39,168 nucleotides of DNA from Malassezia furfur. Lineage: Eukaryota. Location: NCBI GenBank assembly GCA_052055015.1, contig JBQJIT010000057.1. One strand, written 5' to 3'. Within the stretch, counting starts at the first letter, position 1. Every line of letters starts with the position of its first letter. Positions 20,841 to 31,079 of this stretch are shown in pieces. Made by a program: the position numbers and the translations under genes. The notes under the pieces were generated by a model. That model saw only the letters and a program-made list of their open reading frames with translations, was not told the origin of the DNA and made no database searches.

Positions 20841-22772
20841 TTATTTCGTAACACTAAACACACTAAAAGTACCGTGATTTGCATGCGCCACAGTACCATC
20901 TTCAGAGATAGACAGCTGTTTCTTCGACCCTTCTTCCGTGACCGTATGGCCTTTGCCGTTTCCTAGATCGGTGATCTTGAATACCGCAGCTTTCTTCGAG
21001 TTCTTCGTTAGCTTTAAGCTGGACGTAATGTATCGTGGGTGTCTGCCTGGGCTCGCAATTTTGAAGCGGTTGTCGCGCGGTTCAGAGCCTTGCCAATGAA
21101 CGACAAAGAGTTGATCATCGTGGTTGTGCTTTGGATGGGCTTTACTGGTGCCTAGGCGATCGGAAGAGTGACTCAATGCATGTCCGTGGGCTTCGAAGGT
21201 GAGATAGCGACCCTCGCTCAAATCTCCACGAACTGGCTTATAACCGGATTCGACCCGAAGTGCCTCTTCTTCGCTTTGCTTTCCATAAGGCACCTTTGGC
21301 TGCACCTTGTCTCTAAACCGGAGCTGGCAGACCCATGCGCCGTTGTATTGACCTGTAATAGGATCCTTGGAGGCCTCTGGAACTTGTTCAAGGCCAATGG
21401 TGCTGTAATCGGGGTTCGAGAAATCGAACGCCTTCACTAGGTTGCTCATGTGTTTCCTTCTCCAAGGGTTCATCTGCTGTGTCTTCCAAGGTTTTCCATG
21501 TGCTTTAGACCATTCCTCCAAAAAGAGGATTTGGCTTTCATGGGACGAATGTTCTGTGAAAACACCGCCGTTGCGGGTCCACGGAGAAATAATATAGAAC
21601 GGAAGTCGGAATCCTGGGCCTGTTGGCGTCAATCCAATCGACTTGTTGTAAGGATCAACCATCCACTCTCCTTTTGCATCTTGCGGAGGAAGCGGAGCAA
21701 TGACATGATCTGCCCAGCCTCCGGTCTCGTCGAAAGATACAATCAGAGCTGTGCTGTTCCAGTTCTTCCCGTGCATGACAGCTTCGGCAACTTTTCGCTG
21801 GAGCCATGCACCATCTCGTGGCGTATATGGCGGGTGCTCCGAAAGATCTTGCGGCGCAACGATGTAAGATATATCTGGTAAGTTCCCCTCCCTTGCATCC
21901 TTGTAGAAGCGCGCAAGTCCGGGGAATCCAACACTTCGTGCAGCGAAATCTTCGCGGCGTTTGGCAGCCTCTTGATATTGTGACCACTCCACTAACGTGT
22001 CATCGCCGAAGTTGTCGAAGTCTTGGTAAACTTGGAAGCTTATGCCTGATTCGTTAAGGTACTCAGGAACAGTTTTCCATGTCAGTGGTCGACATGAGAA
22101 CGGTGTACCATCGTCAGCCTTCAAACACTTTGGGTCCGAGTTGTTGTCAATCACTGGACCACCTTTATTCTTGGTGTCACCATTCGTTGCTGTTCCGTTC
22201 ACGTTAATGGTGCCGGAAAACCAAGACACTCTGTTTGGGTCCGTTGAAGATATAATAGACTCATAGTAGGCATCACCAACAGTAAAATTCCCAGCTAGAC
22301 CAAATTGAATGGGGATGTCTTCGCGACGGAAATAGCCAATGGAATAGGGAGTATTGGCTATAGCCCATTGATCGACCTCACCCTTGTTCCATGCCGCGTG
22401 ATTTTCGCGCCAGTCATTAGTTCCAGCAACCATGCACTGCGTGCGCTGGCTCCAATCACCGCCTTGCCAGTTCAAATGCCAAGGCATGAGCTCAGAGATA
22501 TCTTTAGGGGGCGTATCATCTTCAATTGTCTGATCGACCGGCTGATGAAATATACTCTTCCCTGTGTTCTTTGAAATATGCACGTTCGGATCTTGGAAAC
22601 CTCGTACGCCTTCCATTGTACCAAAGTAGTGATCAAAGGCGCGGTTCTCCTGCATGAAAAGGACAATATGCTTGATGTCCTGCAAGCCATGATGGTTCAT
22701 GTTGGCCGCAGCTACAGCTGTACAAAGCCCCACAAAACCAAACACAGCACACCATGCTGTTGTAATCAACAT
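20841..22772 (-). CDS. Secreted phospholipase C (phosphoesterase family, PlcN/PlcH-like)
   Basis: Signal peptide; IKHIVLFMQENRAFDHYFGTM.GVRGF, TDPNR, SEHP, DETGGWADHV, GPGFRLP..IISPW..GG. Confidence 0.93.
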   Translation of the reverse strand: MLITTAWCAVFGFVGLCTAVAAANMNHHGLQDIKHIVLFMQENRAFDHYFGTMEGVRGFQDPNVHISKNTGKSIFHQPVDQTIEDDTPPKDISELMPWHLNWQGGDWSQRTQCMVAGTNDWRENHAAWNKGEVDQWAIANTPYSIGYFRREDIPIQFGLAGNFTVGDAYYESIISSTDPNRVSWFSGTINVNGTATNGDTKNKGGPVIDNNSDPKCLKADDGTPFSCRPLTWKTVPEYLNESGISFQVYQDFDNFGDDTLVEWSQYQEAAKRREDFAARSVGFPGLARFYKDAREGNLPDISYIVAPQDLSEHPPYTPRDGAWLQRKVAEAVMHGKNWNSTALIVSFDETGGWADHVIAPLPPQDAKGEWMVDPYNKSIGLTPTGPGFRLPFYIISPWTRNGGVFTEHSSHESQILFLEEWSKAHGKPWKTQQMNPWRRKHMSNLVKAFDFSNPDYSTIGLEQVPEASKDPITGQYNGAWVCQLRFRDKVQPKVPYGKQSEEEALRVESGYKPVRGDLSEGRYLTFEAHGHALSHSSDRLGTSKAHPKHNHDDQLFVVHWQGSEPRDNRFKIASPGRHPRYITSSLKLTKNSKKAAVFKITDLGNGKGHTVTEEGSKKQLSISEDGTVAHANHGTFSVFSVTK

Positions 22773-22885
22773 GATTGTACAGCAATGGCTAACCTGGCAG
22801 GTCGATACTGCTCCCGCAAGACAGAGGTAACCCTCAGATTATATATCATTGCAAGATTGGGACGGTGTTATGCTGCAGGAGTTGA

Positions 22886-22891
22886 CACGTG
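22886..22891. promoter_or_regulatory. CACGTG E-box (Pho4-type) upstream of the PLC gene
   Basis: Exact CACGTG about 114 nt upstream of the ATG at 22772. Confidence 0.45.
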
Positions 22892-23185
22892 CGAATAAAC
22901 GATGCGGGGCAAGTCAACTTTACGGCGCGTGATAAATTCGAACACTCGGATTGGCTGGTCAGAGGCGAATCTCTCAGATGTCCGAGTTATGCAGACCTGC
23001 CAACTATAGTCGAGAACCAGAATGCCCAACCGTTGACTTTCATGGATTCTCGGTATGTTTGCAGCACTGGGCGAAAATATTACGTATGGTTCATTGTTAT
23101 GAATTGATCTAATTGATGGCCTAAGACCCGAACTGCTTCGGTCCAGTAGCTGCTGTAGGAGTGTCAAGGACTGATCAAATCCGCC

Positions 23186-25255
23186 CTAAGGAATACTACA
23201 TACTGGAGGTACTGGAGGAGCTGCCTGAAGTAATTCGGGCTGCTCTGCGATAGCCATAGCCATCCCACTCTCAAGGTGCACCAGCATATGACAATGAAAT
23301 GGCCACACACCAGGATTGTCGGCTACCCAACGAATGACAGCATAGCCCATCATTGGTATAACAAATGTATCACGCTTCATTTTATGCCTTAAGTCGTAAT
23401 TTTGTCCGCGATCAACAAAGTCATTGTAACCGCCCCAAACTGGGTCAATCTCGCCTGTCTCCATGACCCAAAATTTATGCCCATGTAGATGGAAGGGGTG
23501 TTCAGAATCATCATGATTGTTGATCACAAGCTCAATAACAACGGGCCTTTTAGGATGGGGCGACACCACCAATTCATGATCATGGTCAATTAGTTCAGCG
23601 TTTAACCATGAAGTTGGGTCGGAAGAATTTGCGTGTGAAATACGATGCAGCAAAGGCGGGCGTGGCACTTTACCGCTTCCACCGGCCCGCCATGTAGTAT
23701 GGTTCATGTAGCTCATTGGTACAATTCCATACTTTTCACGAGTTTGGACTGTTATCAGGACAGTCTCACGTATGTCGCCCCGTCCAAAATCTAGCACAGG
23801 GGCAGGGTCAGGAATCAGTGGAGTTAAGTCTTTGGTATCAATGTCATGGCAAGGTTCATTAGGGATCTTGGGATCTTTCACATTATCACCCCACGCGTGA
23901 GATGATGGTAGCTTGCTTTGAAATAAACGCCTCTGTAGCTGAGAAGACGCATATTGAGCAATTTCTTGGCGACCCTTTATGGCCCGCCGAAGAGGTGAAA
24001 GCCAGCTTCCCTTCGGTCCCGAGACTTGGTATCCCACAATAGCCTTTGTGACCAAATTCAAAACAGGGTTCATATATTGAAAACATTCGGCAGACATTTG
24101 TGACCGCATCCATACTAGACCCTGGTCGTCGAGGCGGTTAAGAAGCACAGAATATCGCTGACCTGTTGCGATTGGAAGCCGATGTACAGTGAATGGATCA
24201 ACCAGGACACCATCTGCCTCAATGACTGTCAAGGAATGACCATCAATCGAAAACGTCTGTTCGGCGAGAGAACCAACGTTGACTAGACGTAGCCGATAAC
24301 GCTTACCAGGATCCAAAGAAAATGTAGAATAATCACCGACAACATCCTTTCCCAATAGGTCTGCTGGGCAAGGCACTTGTGTGAGACGGCTATGCTCGCA
24401 GTCGAAGCGGTGCCTTCCGTTTATCAGACCACTGGCAGGTACGGGCTCGGCCTTCTGCATCCATCGTGAAACATAACGTGCCAAAACCACGGGCCCTTGC
24501 TCATGAAAATGATCCCCTAAAGCAATCGCGACATCTTCGTCCCAAGCAAGGAGCTCGGTTACATTTGTGCTGTACTTTTGTAAAAGCTTTGCTTCGTTGT
24601 GTCGAGAATGAACGATCAGCATTCCCCAGAGCCCATCTGCTCGCGACGTCCCGATATGTGAATGATACCAATGGGTCCCCACATCTTCTGGGTGTAGGGT
24701 AAATCGATAAGTAAACATTTCGCCTGGGTGGAGTATACATGAAGAGAACCCAGCTGCTCCATCCATTTCTTGTGTGCCCCGCATGGAAAGACCATGCCAA
24801 TGCATCGCAACATTCCTCTCAGTACCCCCTCGAAACACAGAGTCAATTTGTGATGACATGGGAGGACTAGGAAGGGTTTCATTGTCGAAAATGGCATTCC
24901 ATACTCGAATTACGAGTGTGTCACCTTCATTTGCTTCAATCAGAGGTCCGGGAAAAAGACCATTGATGGTGTACATGAGGCGGGGGATTCCATCAGGTGC
25001 TCGCATATCTCTGGATATTGTCCAGTTGTAATGGCGCTCTTTGGGAGGAACTCTGGTGGAAAAATTAGGGTCCATTGCAATAGGACCTTCGCTGACCGGA
25101 GATTCCAACCAGCGGCTGGAGACTAGAGGGAACGCATGTTTTCCGAGAAAATATTGATGTTGCGCATCAGAGACGATCCACCACACAACTGCCAGAAGAC
25201 CTGTTATCACAAATGCTGCCGCAAAAACCCAGGGGACAAACAAATGGCGATTCAT
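23186..25255 (-). CDS. Multicopper oxidase (laccase-like) with N-terminal signal-anchor
   Basis: HWHG, WYHSH, HPFHLHGH, HCHMLVHLESGM (Met axial ligand); ATG at 25255. Confidence 0.93.
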   Translation of the reverse strand: MNRHLFVPWVFAAAFVITGLLAVVWWIVSDAQHQYFLGKHAFPLVSSRWLESPVSEGPIAMDPNFSTRVPPKERHYNWTISRDMRAPDGIPRLMYTINGLFPGPLIEANEGDTLVIRVWNAIFDNETLPSPPMSSQIDSVFRGGTERNVAMHWHGLSMRGTQEMDGAAGFSSCILHPGEMFTYRFTLHPEDVGTHWYHSHIGTSRADGLWGMLIVHSRHNEAKLLQKYSTNVTELLAWDEDVAIALGDHFHEQGPVVLARYVSRWMQKAEPVPASGLINGRHRFDCEHSRLTQVPCPADLLGKDVVGDYSTFSLDPGKRYRLRLVNVGSLAEQTFSIDGHSLTVIEADGVLVDPFTVHRLPIATGQRYSVLLNRLDDQGLVWMRSQMSAECFQYMNPVLNLVTKAIVGYQVSGPKGSWLSPLRRAIKGRQEIAQYASSQLQRRLFQSKLPSSHAWGDNVKDPKIPNEPCHDIDTKDLTPLIPDPAPVLDFGRGDIRETVLITVQTREKYGIVPMSYMNHTTWRAGGSGKVPRPPLLHRISHANSSDPTSWLNAELIDHDHELVVSPHPKRPVVIELVINNHDDSEHPFHLHGHKFWVMETGEIDPVWGGYNDFVDRGQNYDLRHKMKRDTFVIPMMGYAVIRWVADNPGVWPFHCHMLVHLESGMAMAIAEQPELLQAAPPVPPVCSIP

Positions 25256-25345
25256 CAAGGCAAAACACGCCCACTAGAGATGTTCGCCTGTAACTGATTT
25301 GAACCATACATTCGCGGCAACAAACACACTTATTGGTCATTGGGG

Positions 25346-25413
25346 CACGTGCGCACTTTAAAATCTGGTGTCCGTGCGCCGGAGAGTACGCCGAGTTCGG
25401 AATGTCTTCCGAA
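25346..25413. promoter_or_regulatory. Divergent promoter elements: CACGTG (25346-25351) and inverted repeat TTCGGAA-TGTC-TTCCGAA (25396-25413, CGG-N8-CCG)
   Basis: Seen directly in the 208-nt spacer between the MCO and the PhnY-like gene. Confidence 0.55.
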
Positions 25414-25463
25414 ACTCTTCCGATCAGGCACGTCTCCTCTAAGGGATAAAAGCAACTACAGTC

Positions 25464-26363
25464 ATGGCCTCGGAACAGCAATTACCAATCTCCAAAGCAA
25501 TGTCTGAAACCCTTCTTAAACCTTACAGCCTCTCCGAAGAGCAGTTGGCCTCGTTCGACCGCAACGGTTTCTTGATTCTTCGTGATCTCTTTGACGAGTC
25601 GACCACCAAAGAGATCCAGCAGTGGTCCCAGAATGTACACGATTGGCCTTATGAGCCAGGAAAGTGGATGCCATATGAAGAGCAGCGCGAGGATGGCACT
25701 CGTGTCCTTTGTCGCACGGAAAACTTCGCCGACTTCCACGATGGCTTTGACAAGCTTTTCCGCGGTCAGCGCCTGCTGAGTGTCCTTGAGCAGATTAACA
25801 AGGAGCCGATGGTTCTTTTCAAGGAGAAGATTAATTATAAACACCCTGGTGCAGGGGGATTTGACGCTCACACTGATGCACCAGCCTACCAACATGCTGG
25901 TGTGCTGAGACATCTTACTATCAATTTGGCTATTGACGCTGCGACATCCGAAAACAGCTGTCTTGAGGTTGTCCCTGGGAGCCATAAGATGGATGTACCC
26001 ATTGGTGATGACAACTGCATCAAGCATGAGTGGGAAACCCAGCACGAATGGGTGCCTGTCCATCTTAAGCCAGGGGACACGCTCATTTTCGGCTCGTTCC
26101 TTGCGCACCGAAGCGGCTCGAACAAGTCTAAGAACCGCCGAGCTGCACTTTATGCAACATTCAACGCCTATTCGGATGGTGGTGATTGTCACAAGGCGTA
26201 TTATATTAAGCGTCGTAAGGAATGGCCTCCGACGGCTGAGCGTGTGAAAGACCAAGACTACTCTTACGGTGCGAAGCAATACGGTTTCGGGTCCCCTATG
26301 TGGGGTGCAACTGACCTCAGTCGGCTTCAAACTCAGCGCCTTGGACAAACAGGTACAGCGTGA
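25464..26363 (+). CDS. phnY: PhnY-like 2-aminoethylphosphonate dioxygenase (PhyH family, Fe(II)/2OG)
   Basis: HxD...H triad (AHTDAPAY, LAHRS) and 2OG-binding Arg (RRA). Blocks W...PGKWM.Y.E....G.R.LCR.ENF.D.H, VLFKEKIN.K.PG..GF, PP.AER....DYS closely match bacterial PhnY as I recall it. Confidence 0.85.
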   Translation: MASEQQLPISKAMSETLLKPYSLSEEQLASFDRNGFLILRDLFDESTTKEIQQWSQNVHDWPYEPGKWMPYEEQREDGTRVLCRTENFADFHDGFDKLFRGQRLLSVLEQINKEPMVLFKEKINYKHPGAGGFDAHTDAPAYQHAGVLRHLTINLAIDAATSENSCLEVVPGSHKMDVPIGDDNCIKHEWETQHEWVPVHLKPGDTLIFGSFLAHRSGSNKSKNRRAALYATFNAYSDGGDCHKAYYIKRRKEWPPTAERVKDQDYSYGAKQYGFGSPMWGATDLSRLQTQRLGQTGTA

Positions 26364-26405
26364 AAACAGTTTTTAATTTTCGTTCCAATAGAATACAAAT
26401 GAAGT

Positions 26406-28845
26406 TTAAGGACTCATTGCTGCAGTAAACATAGATGACAAGTCAGACACTTCAACGCCTGCTCCCAGCGTAGTATCTTCAAAAAGGTCAATTCCCGACA
26501 AAGGAATTTGTCCGGAAAGAAGGTCAAAGCTCTCTAAAGAGTTGATTCCGCCTACCTCTTCTTGGCGGAATTGTTGTTGCTCTAGGTTTGAGGCGTCAAA
26601 GGCGTTCACATTAATAGGCGATGCACGCACAGGTGGAGTCCAAGTAGGAAAATGTTGTGTTTGAATAGCGTGGGGTGTCTTAGGACGAGAGGTAGGACCA
26701 AATGAAGATTGCTTTTGGGATTGTTCCATCTTCGATTGGTATTGAGGAGTAGAAAAATAAGGCTCGCGATGTATAGATGTATAGGCAGCACGAATTTGTT
26801 CAATAGATTGTTTTGCCCCAGCAATGATGTTGACTAACATGTTTTCTTTTGCAACGCACTGAGCACCCGTGACGAGTGCTCTTAGAGCAGGATCAACGCT
26901 GCGCAAAACAGAGCGCAAATCTGCTCCACGTAAATGATGAGAATTTTCTTCATTCCCAAATTGCCTGAGTGCCTTAACGAGTAGAACAATCGCAAATGTT
27001 GTCATTGTGTGTGAATAGGAGGTGCTTCCAATAAGGACACTTAAATGAGCCACATCCGCTGCTAGAACCTCCAATATACGGTGCGCTGATTCGACGGCAT
27101 TTTCTGCAATGACGCGCCGGCGGTCTGCTTGAAAGCAAGCATGGTTTACTGAAGAATTTGATTCGCCCATCATTTCCTTCATTACCTGTGCAGAAAAGAA
27201 CACAGGCAACGCATTTCTGTCAGTTCGGAACGCCATGGAGTGTAGGAAAAGTTCAGCATACAGTCGCTGCCGGTTAATATCATTCTTTTCAAAAATATCA
27301 ACAACGGAGAATTCTCGTGACCAAGTTTGATACCATGCCTCAATTTGGCCTTGAAACCGGGCATGAAATGCGAGCCCCAATTCGTCCAAAGATGCATGAA
27401 GATCGGAGCCAATTTCACCGATAGCGTCGTGCAAGATCTCCCACATCTTGACCAAGGCGACTAGACGAGTATCGCTTCGATTTTCTGCCCATGTACAGTT
27501 GTTAAGCCATTCAACTGCTCGACGAATTACCTCATGTTGCCGAGTCATTGGTGGCCTCCGGTAAGGAATTGAGCTCTGATGATCTGCAATGTAGATCAAA
27601 TAGTATAACCGGGCCTCCTCGTAGGCGATGCGCAAGGGAGAATCAGTTTTGTTTGGTGAATGTCCCGCAGTATCTGATACACTGCGACCAGACGGAAGAG
27701 ATTGATCTTGACGTTTCCCTCGCAAAAGAGGGGCGCTTGGAACCCAATGAGCATAGCTCTCATGCATGTGTCTTTCTGTCACGATGCGTACGGCAGTTCC
27801 CACTAGGGTCCAGCTCACATCGTTCAGCCAAAATGAACCAATAACAAGTGCACGAATGTCATCGAGTGTCTGATGTCGACTGAAAGCTTGAATGGCTGCC
27901 AATCGAATAAATTCGCGGTAAAGAGATGGAAAGAGATGATGGTTGTTCGACGTTTGTTTCATGTGCAAGGCAGAAACACATAAAATTGAAACGAAGAGGA
28001 GCTTAGATGAGCTACGCATCTTCTCAATTGCCAAAAGAATCATGCGACGTAGGGGAGAATTTGCTGAACCTTCATATGAATCCACTTTCTCTGGCAAGTC
28101 TTGTATGCCATGTATGGTTCCGATCAGATGACAAATATGAGGGTCAAGGATCCGGAAGTAGAGATAAAACAATTCAACAGCCTCATCCAAAGTGATGAAA
28201 CCTTGTTGAAGGACGTCGCCGCGTATTGAAGATGACATGAGACCTGGAGACTCGCTACGCTCTGGCGAATCGAGAATATTGGATTCTGCAAGTGAGTCCC
28301 CCTTGTTCATATCGCTACCCGGTCGCAGTGCAGGTATGATATTGTGCCCATGCCGGGATGAAGGTATTTGATCTGTTGCTGTCCATTGCCCAGCCAGCCC
28401 CAAAAGCCCTTCGGATGCTAGCTCTGAATCATCTGCGGCATTTTGTTGGTTTGTTGCTTGCACGGCTGGACGTTTCCGAGGGGGTTCTTGGTGTACCGTC
28501 TGCTGCCTTACGAGTTGGGACAATGTCGTAGACACTTGGTCCAAGGAAAATCGAAGCGCCTGCATCTCTTTTTCCATGTCTGTGCGCCAATCATTTTGTT
28601 CGTCAAGTAAACTTTGAAGGTCCTTCTTGCGCCGCACGCATTCTATACCCTTTTGAGTGCAGCGACGGCAAGCCTCGTCCTTTTCGAGCATATCACATCT
28701 TAGCTGGGTGAATTATACTTAGTAGACGTACCTTGTGTTTTCTGCACGGATCACACGCTGTCACTTTGCGACTCACTACGAGTGACGGGCCACCGGCTTC
28801 AGCTCCGGTCTCCATCGCGGAACGTGCGATACTGCCTCGGGCCAT
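26406..28845 (-). CDS. Zn(II)2Cys6 fungal transcription factor; exons 28845-28732 and 28703-26406
   Basis: Splicing the 28-nt intron 28704-28731 (GTACGT..CAG) rebuilds ACDPCRKHKLRCDMLEKDEACRRCTQKGIEC, followed by a coiled coil and middle homology region (ARLYYLIYIADHQSSIPYRRPP). Start may be 28845 or 28815. Confidence 0.9.
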
Positions 28846-28943
28846 TCCCGAGACAAGTACCTCGTGAGATCTTGCATGCGAACATGTGCTAATCTTTAGC
28901 CAATAGATAACGAGTTTAAAAAATTTAGCACTCTTATCCTACG

Positions 28944-28949
28944 CACGTT
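28944..28949. promoter_or_regulatory. CACGTT (lower-affinity Pho4-type box) in the TF/transporter divergent promoter
   Basis: Seen directly about 90 nt upstream of the transporter ATG; a second copy (AACGTG) lies at 28821-28826. Confidence 0.35.
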
Positions 28950-29038
28950 CCAGAATGCAAGACAGAATTGAAATGCTGTAATGAACTCAAGCTATGGTTA
29001 TTTAATAGGCTTTGGCAAAGGGCCAAGCTATCACCAAC

Positions 29039-30595
29039 ATGGCTTCCCAGCTTGATGAATGGCAAGAAGACACCTGTGTGCCTAATAATCCCAAATCCGT
29101 GGACAGACCAGCTCGTGCCGGGGTGGATAAACTCAATGTTAGCTCAGTACTAATGGTTGTTTGGTCGGGCATTGCTCTGGCGTCAGATGGCTACAATTCC
29201 CAAGCACTTGGCTCTGTCAATGCAATCTTCAAGAAACTTTACGGAGATGAGTACTCTGGGGAAATGCAGGGCCGCGTCTCCAGCGCGTATTATGTTGGTC
29301 TCTGTTTGGGCTCCTTCGCCTTTGGTTTGCTCATCGACCGTTTCTCAAGAAAGACTGGAGTTGTTTTTGCAACTGCCCTAATGATTATTGGTGTTGCACT
29401 GTGCACCGGATCTTATGGACCCAGTCCTCACATGATGTTTTGGATGCTTACTGTGTCACGCGGCATTCTCGGGTTTGGTGCAGGCGGTGAATATCCTGTA
29501 TGTAGTACAGGTTCCACCGAAGCTGGTGACGAGACAAGTGCCGTTCGCAAGCATCGCGGCCTCATTGTCGGTCTAGTTGGATGCACTGCAGTTGACTTTG
29601 GCATCGTCTTTGGCGGCCTTTTTCCTCTTTGCATTCTGGCTGGTTTTGGATATAACAGCTCGACCCCGGCCGACCAGACTATGCATTTGAAAGCAGCATG
29701 GCGTGTTACTCTAGGACCGGAATGCATTATCCCTGCCACTGTATTCTTTTTCCGCTACAAGATGGCAAGCAGTACGGCGTTCAAAAACCATTCCATGACG
29801 AAAAGGATAAGCTTGAAGGTGTATATGCTTGTGGTGAAACGATACTGGCGTCAGATTATCGGTACTTGTTTGACCTGGTTTCTTTATGACTTCGTTGCTT
29901 ACCCGTTTGGTCTTTTCACACCTAACATCATTGACGGACTTCCGGGCAACAGCAAAAATCTCATTGTCTCGATTGGCTACAGTGCGCTGATCAACACGTT
30001 CAATATCCCAGGATGCATTCTTGGCTCGTTTTCTCTGGACAAAATGGGGCGCCGCAATACAATGCTTCTCGGATTTGTATCGCAAAGCATTATTGCCTTT
30101 GTCCTCGCAGGTGCTTTGGCTCCGATCCAGAAAGTATTCCCGCTCTTCATTATTCTCTATGGAATTATGCTGAGCTGTGGCGAGTTTGGGCCGGGTGTGA
30201 CTACTTTGCTGGTGAGCAGTGAATGCTTTCCAACCGCTTTCCGTGGGCATTTTGTTGGTCTCGCTGCGTCTGTGGCTAAGGCAGGTGCGGCGGTTGGCAC
30301 AGTGGTCTTCAACCGAATTCTTGCTCACTATGCAACGCCTGAGGAAGACACAACTACGCAAGGTCTTCGTGTGGCAGTTTTCGTTGGTGCTAGTCTTTCC
30401 CTCCTTGGCGCATTGGTCACCTATTTATGCATTCCTGGTGATCACGATCGCAATTTGCAAAATGAAGATATTCGCTTCCGTCAGTTCTTGATGTTGAACG
30501 GTATCTCTGGTGATACATTTGACGAGCCCAACGTTCTCCGCGTGGGCTCATTCAATGACTTCATGGATGACGACAAGCCCAAAATTGAAGCGTAA
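29039..30595 (+). CDS. Git1-like MFS transporter (phosphate:H+ symporter / glycerophosphodiester permease family)
   Basis: SGIALASDGY, DRFSRK.G, RGILGFGAGGEYP, WFLYDFVAYPFG, GEFGPG, ECFPTAFRG...G.AA..AKAGAAVG; ATG at 29039. Confidence 0.85.
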   Translation: MASQLDEWQEDTCVPNNPKSVDRPARAGVDKLNVSSVLMVVWSGIALASDGYNSQALGSVNAIFKKLYGDEYSGEMQGRVSSAYYVGLCLGSFAFGLLIDRFSRKTGVVFATALMIIGVALCTGSYGPSPHMMFWMLTVSRGILGFGAGGEYPVCSTGSTEAGDETSAVRKHRGLIVGLVGCTAVDFGIVFGGLFPLCILAGFGYNSSTPADQTMHLKAAWRVTLGPECIIPATVFFFRYKMASSTAFKNHSMTKRISLKVYMLVVKRYWRQIIGTCLTWFLYDFVAYPFGLFTPNIIDGLPGNSKNLIVSIGYSALINTFNIPGCILGSFSLDKMGRRNTMLLGFVSQSIIAFVLAGALAPIQKVFPLFIILYGIMLSCGEFGPGVTTLLVSSECFPTAFRGHFVGLAASVAKAGAAVGTVVFNRILAHYATPEEDTTTQGLRVAVFVGASLSLLGALVTYLCIPGDHDRNLQNEDIRFRQFLMLNGISGDTFDEPNVLRVGSFNDFMDDDKPKIEA

Positions 30596-30948
30596 ATCCT
30601 TTTTTTCACGCAAGACGATAAATTTGCGATGTTCATATAGCTGGTTTGGATTAACTGGCAGGGTATACAGGGAGAAAGTTCAGTAAAGAGTATGAGCATG
30701 AATCGATTACGCTCGTTAACCATTCAACAAAGATGGATTAACACTGCTTATACAATGTCATCGCTCGAATAATAAAAATAAAGAAAAAATGAAAAAGAAG
30801 TAGCCTCATCTTTTCTCTTCGTTATAATCCATGTCAGTAATAGCACCAAGTGAGAATCGTATATCAACCCCGGCCTCTTCATGGTGCGACAATTGCTAGA
30901 TTAGATACATTAGCAAAATAAATAAAATCAGCTTGGGGCCGTGGCGCA

Positions 30949-31003
30949 CACGTGTGTCTCGGACATGTCTCCTGTACCACGTGCCCATCGGCTATGATTC
31001 CGA
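30949..31003. promoter_or_regulatory. PhnZ promoter elements: two CACGTG boxes (30949-30954, 30978-30983) and TCGG-CTATGA-TTCCGA (30988-31003, CGG-N8-CCG)
   Basis: Seen directly within about 130 nt of the ATG. Confidence 0.55.
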
Positions 31004-31079
31004 GATAAATACGCACGGATCGCGGGCTTACCTTAAATACAAGAAGTTAATGACGCACGGCTTCCTCTACACAATTATA

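Noticed and set aside
25482..26348. 288-aa ORF antisense to phnY
   Set aside because: Mirrors the phnY frame and has no recognisable features; explained by codon bias.
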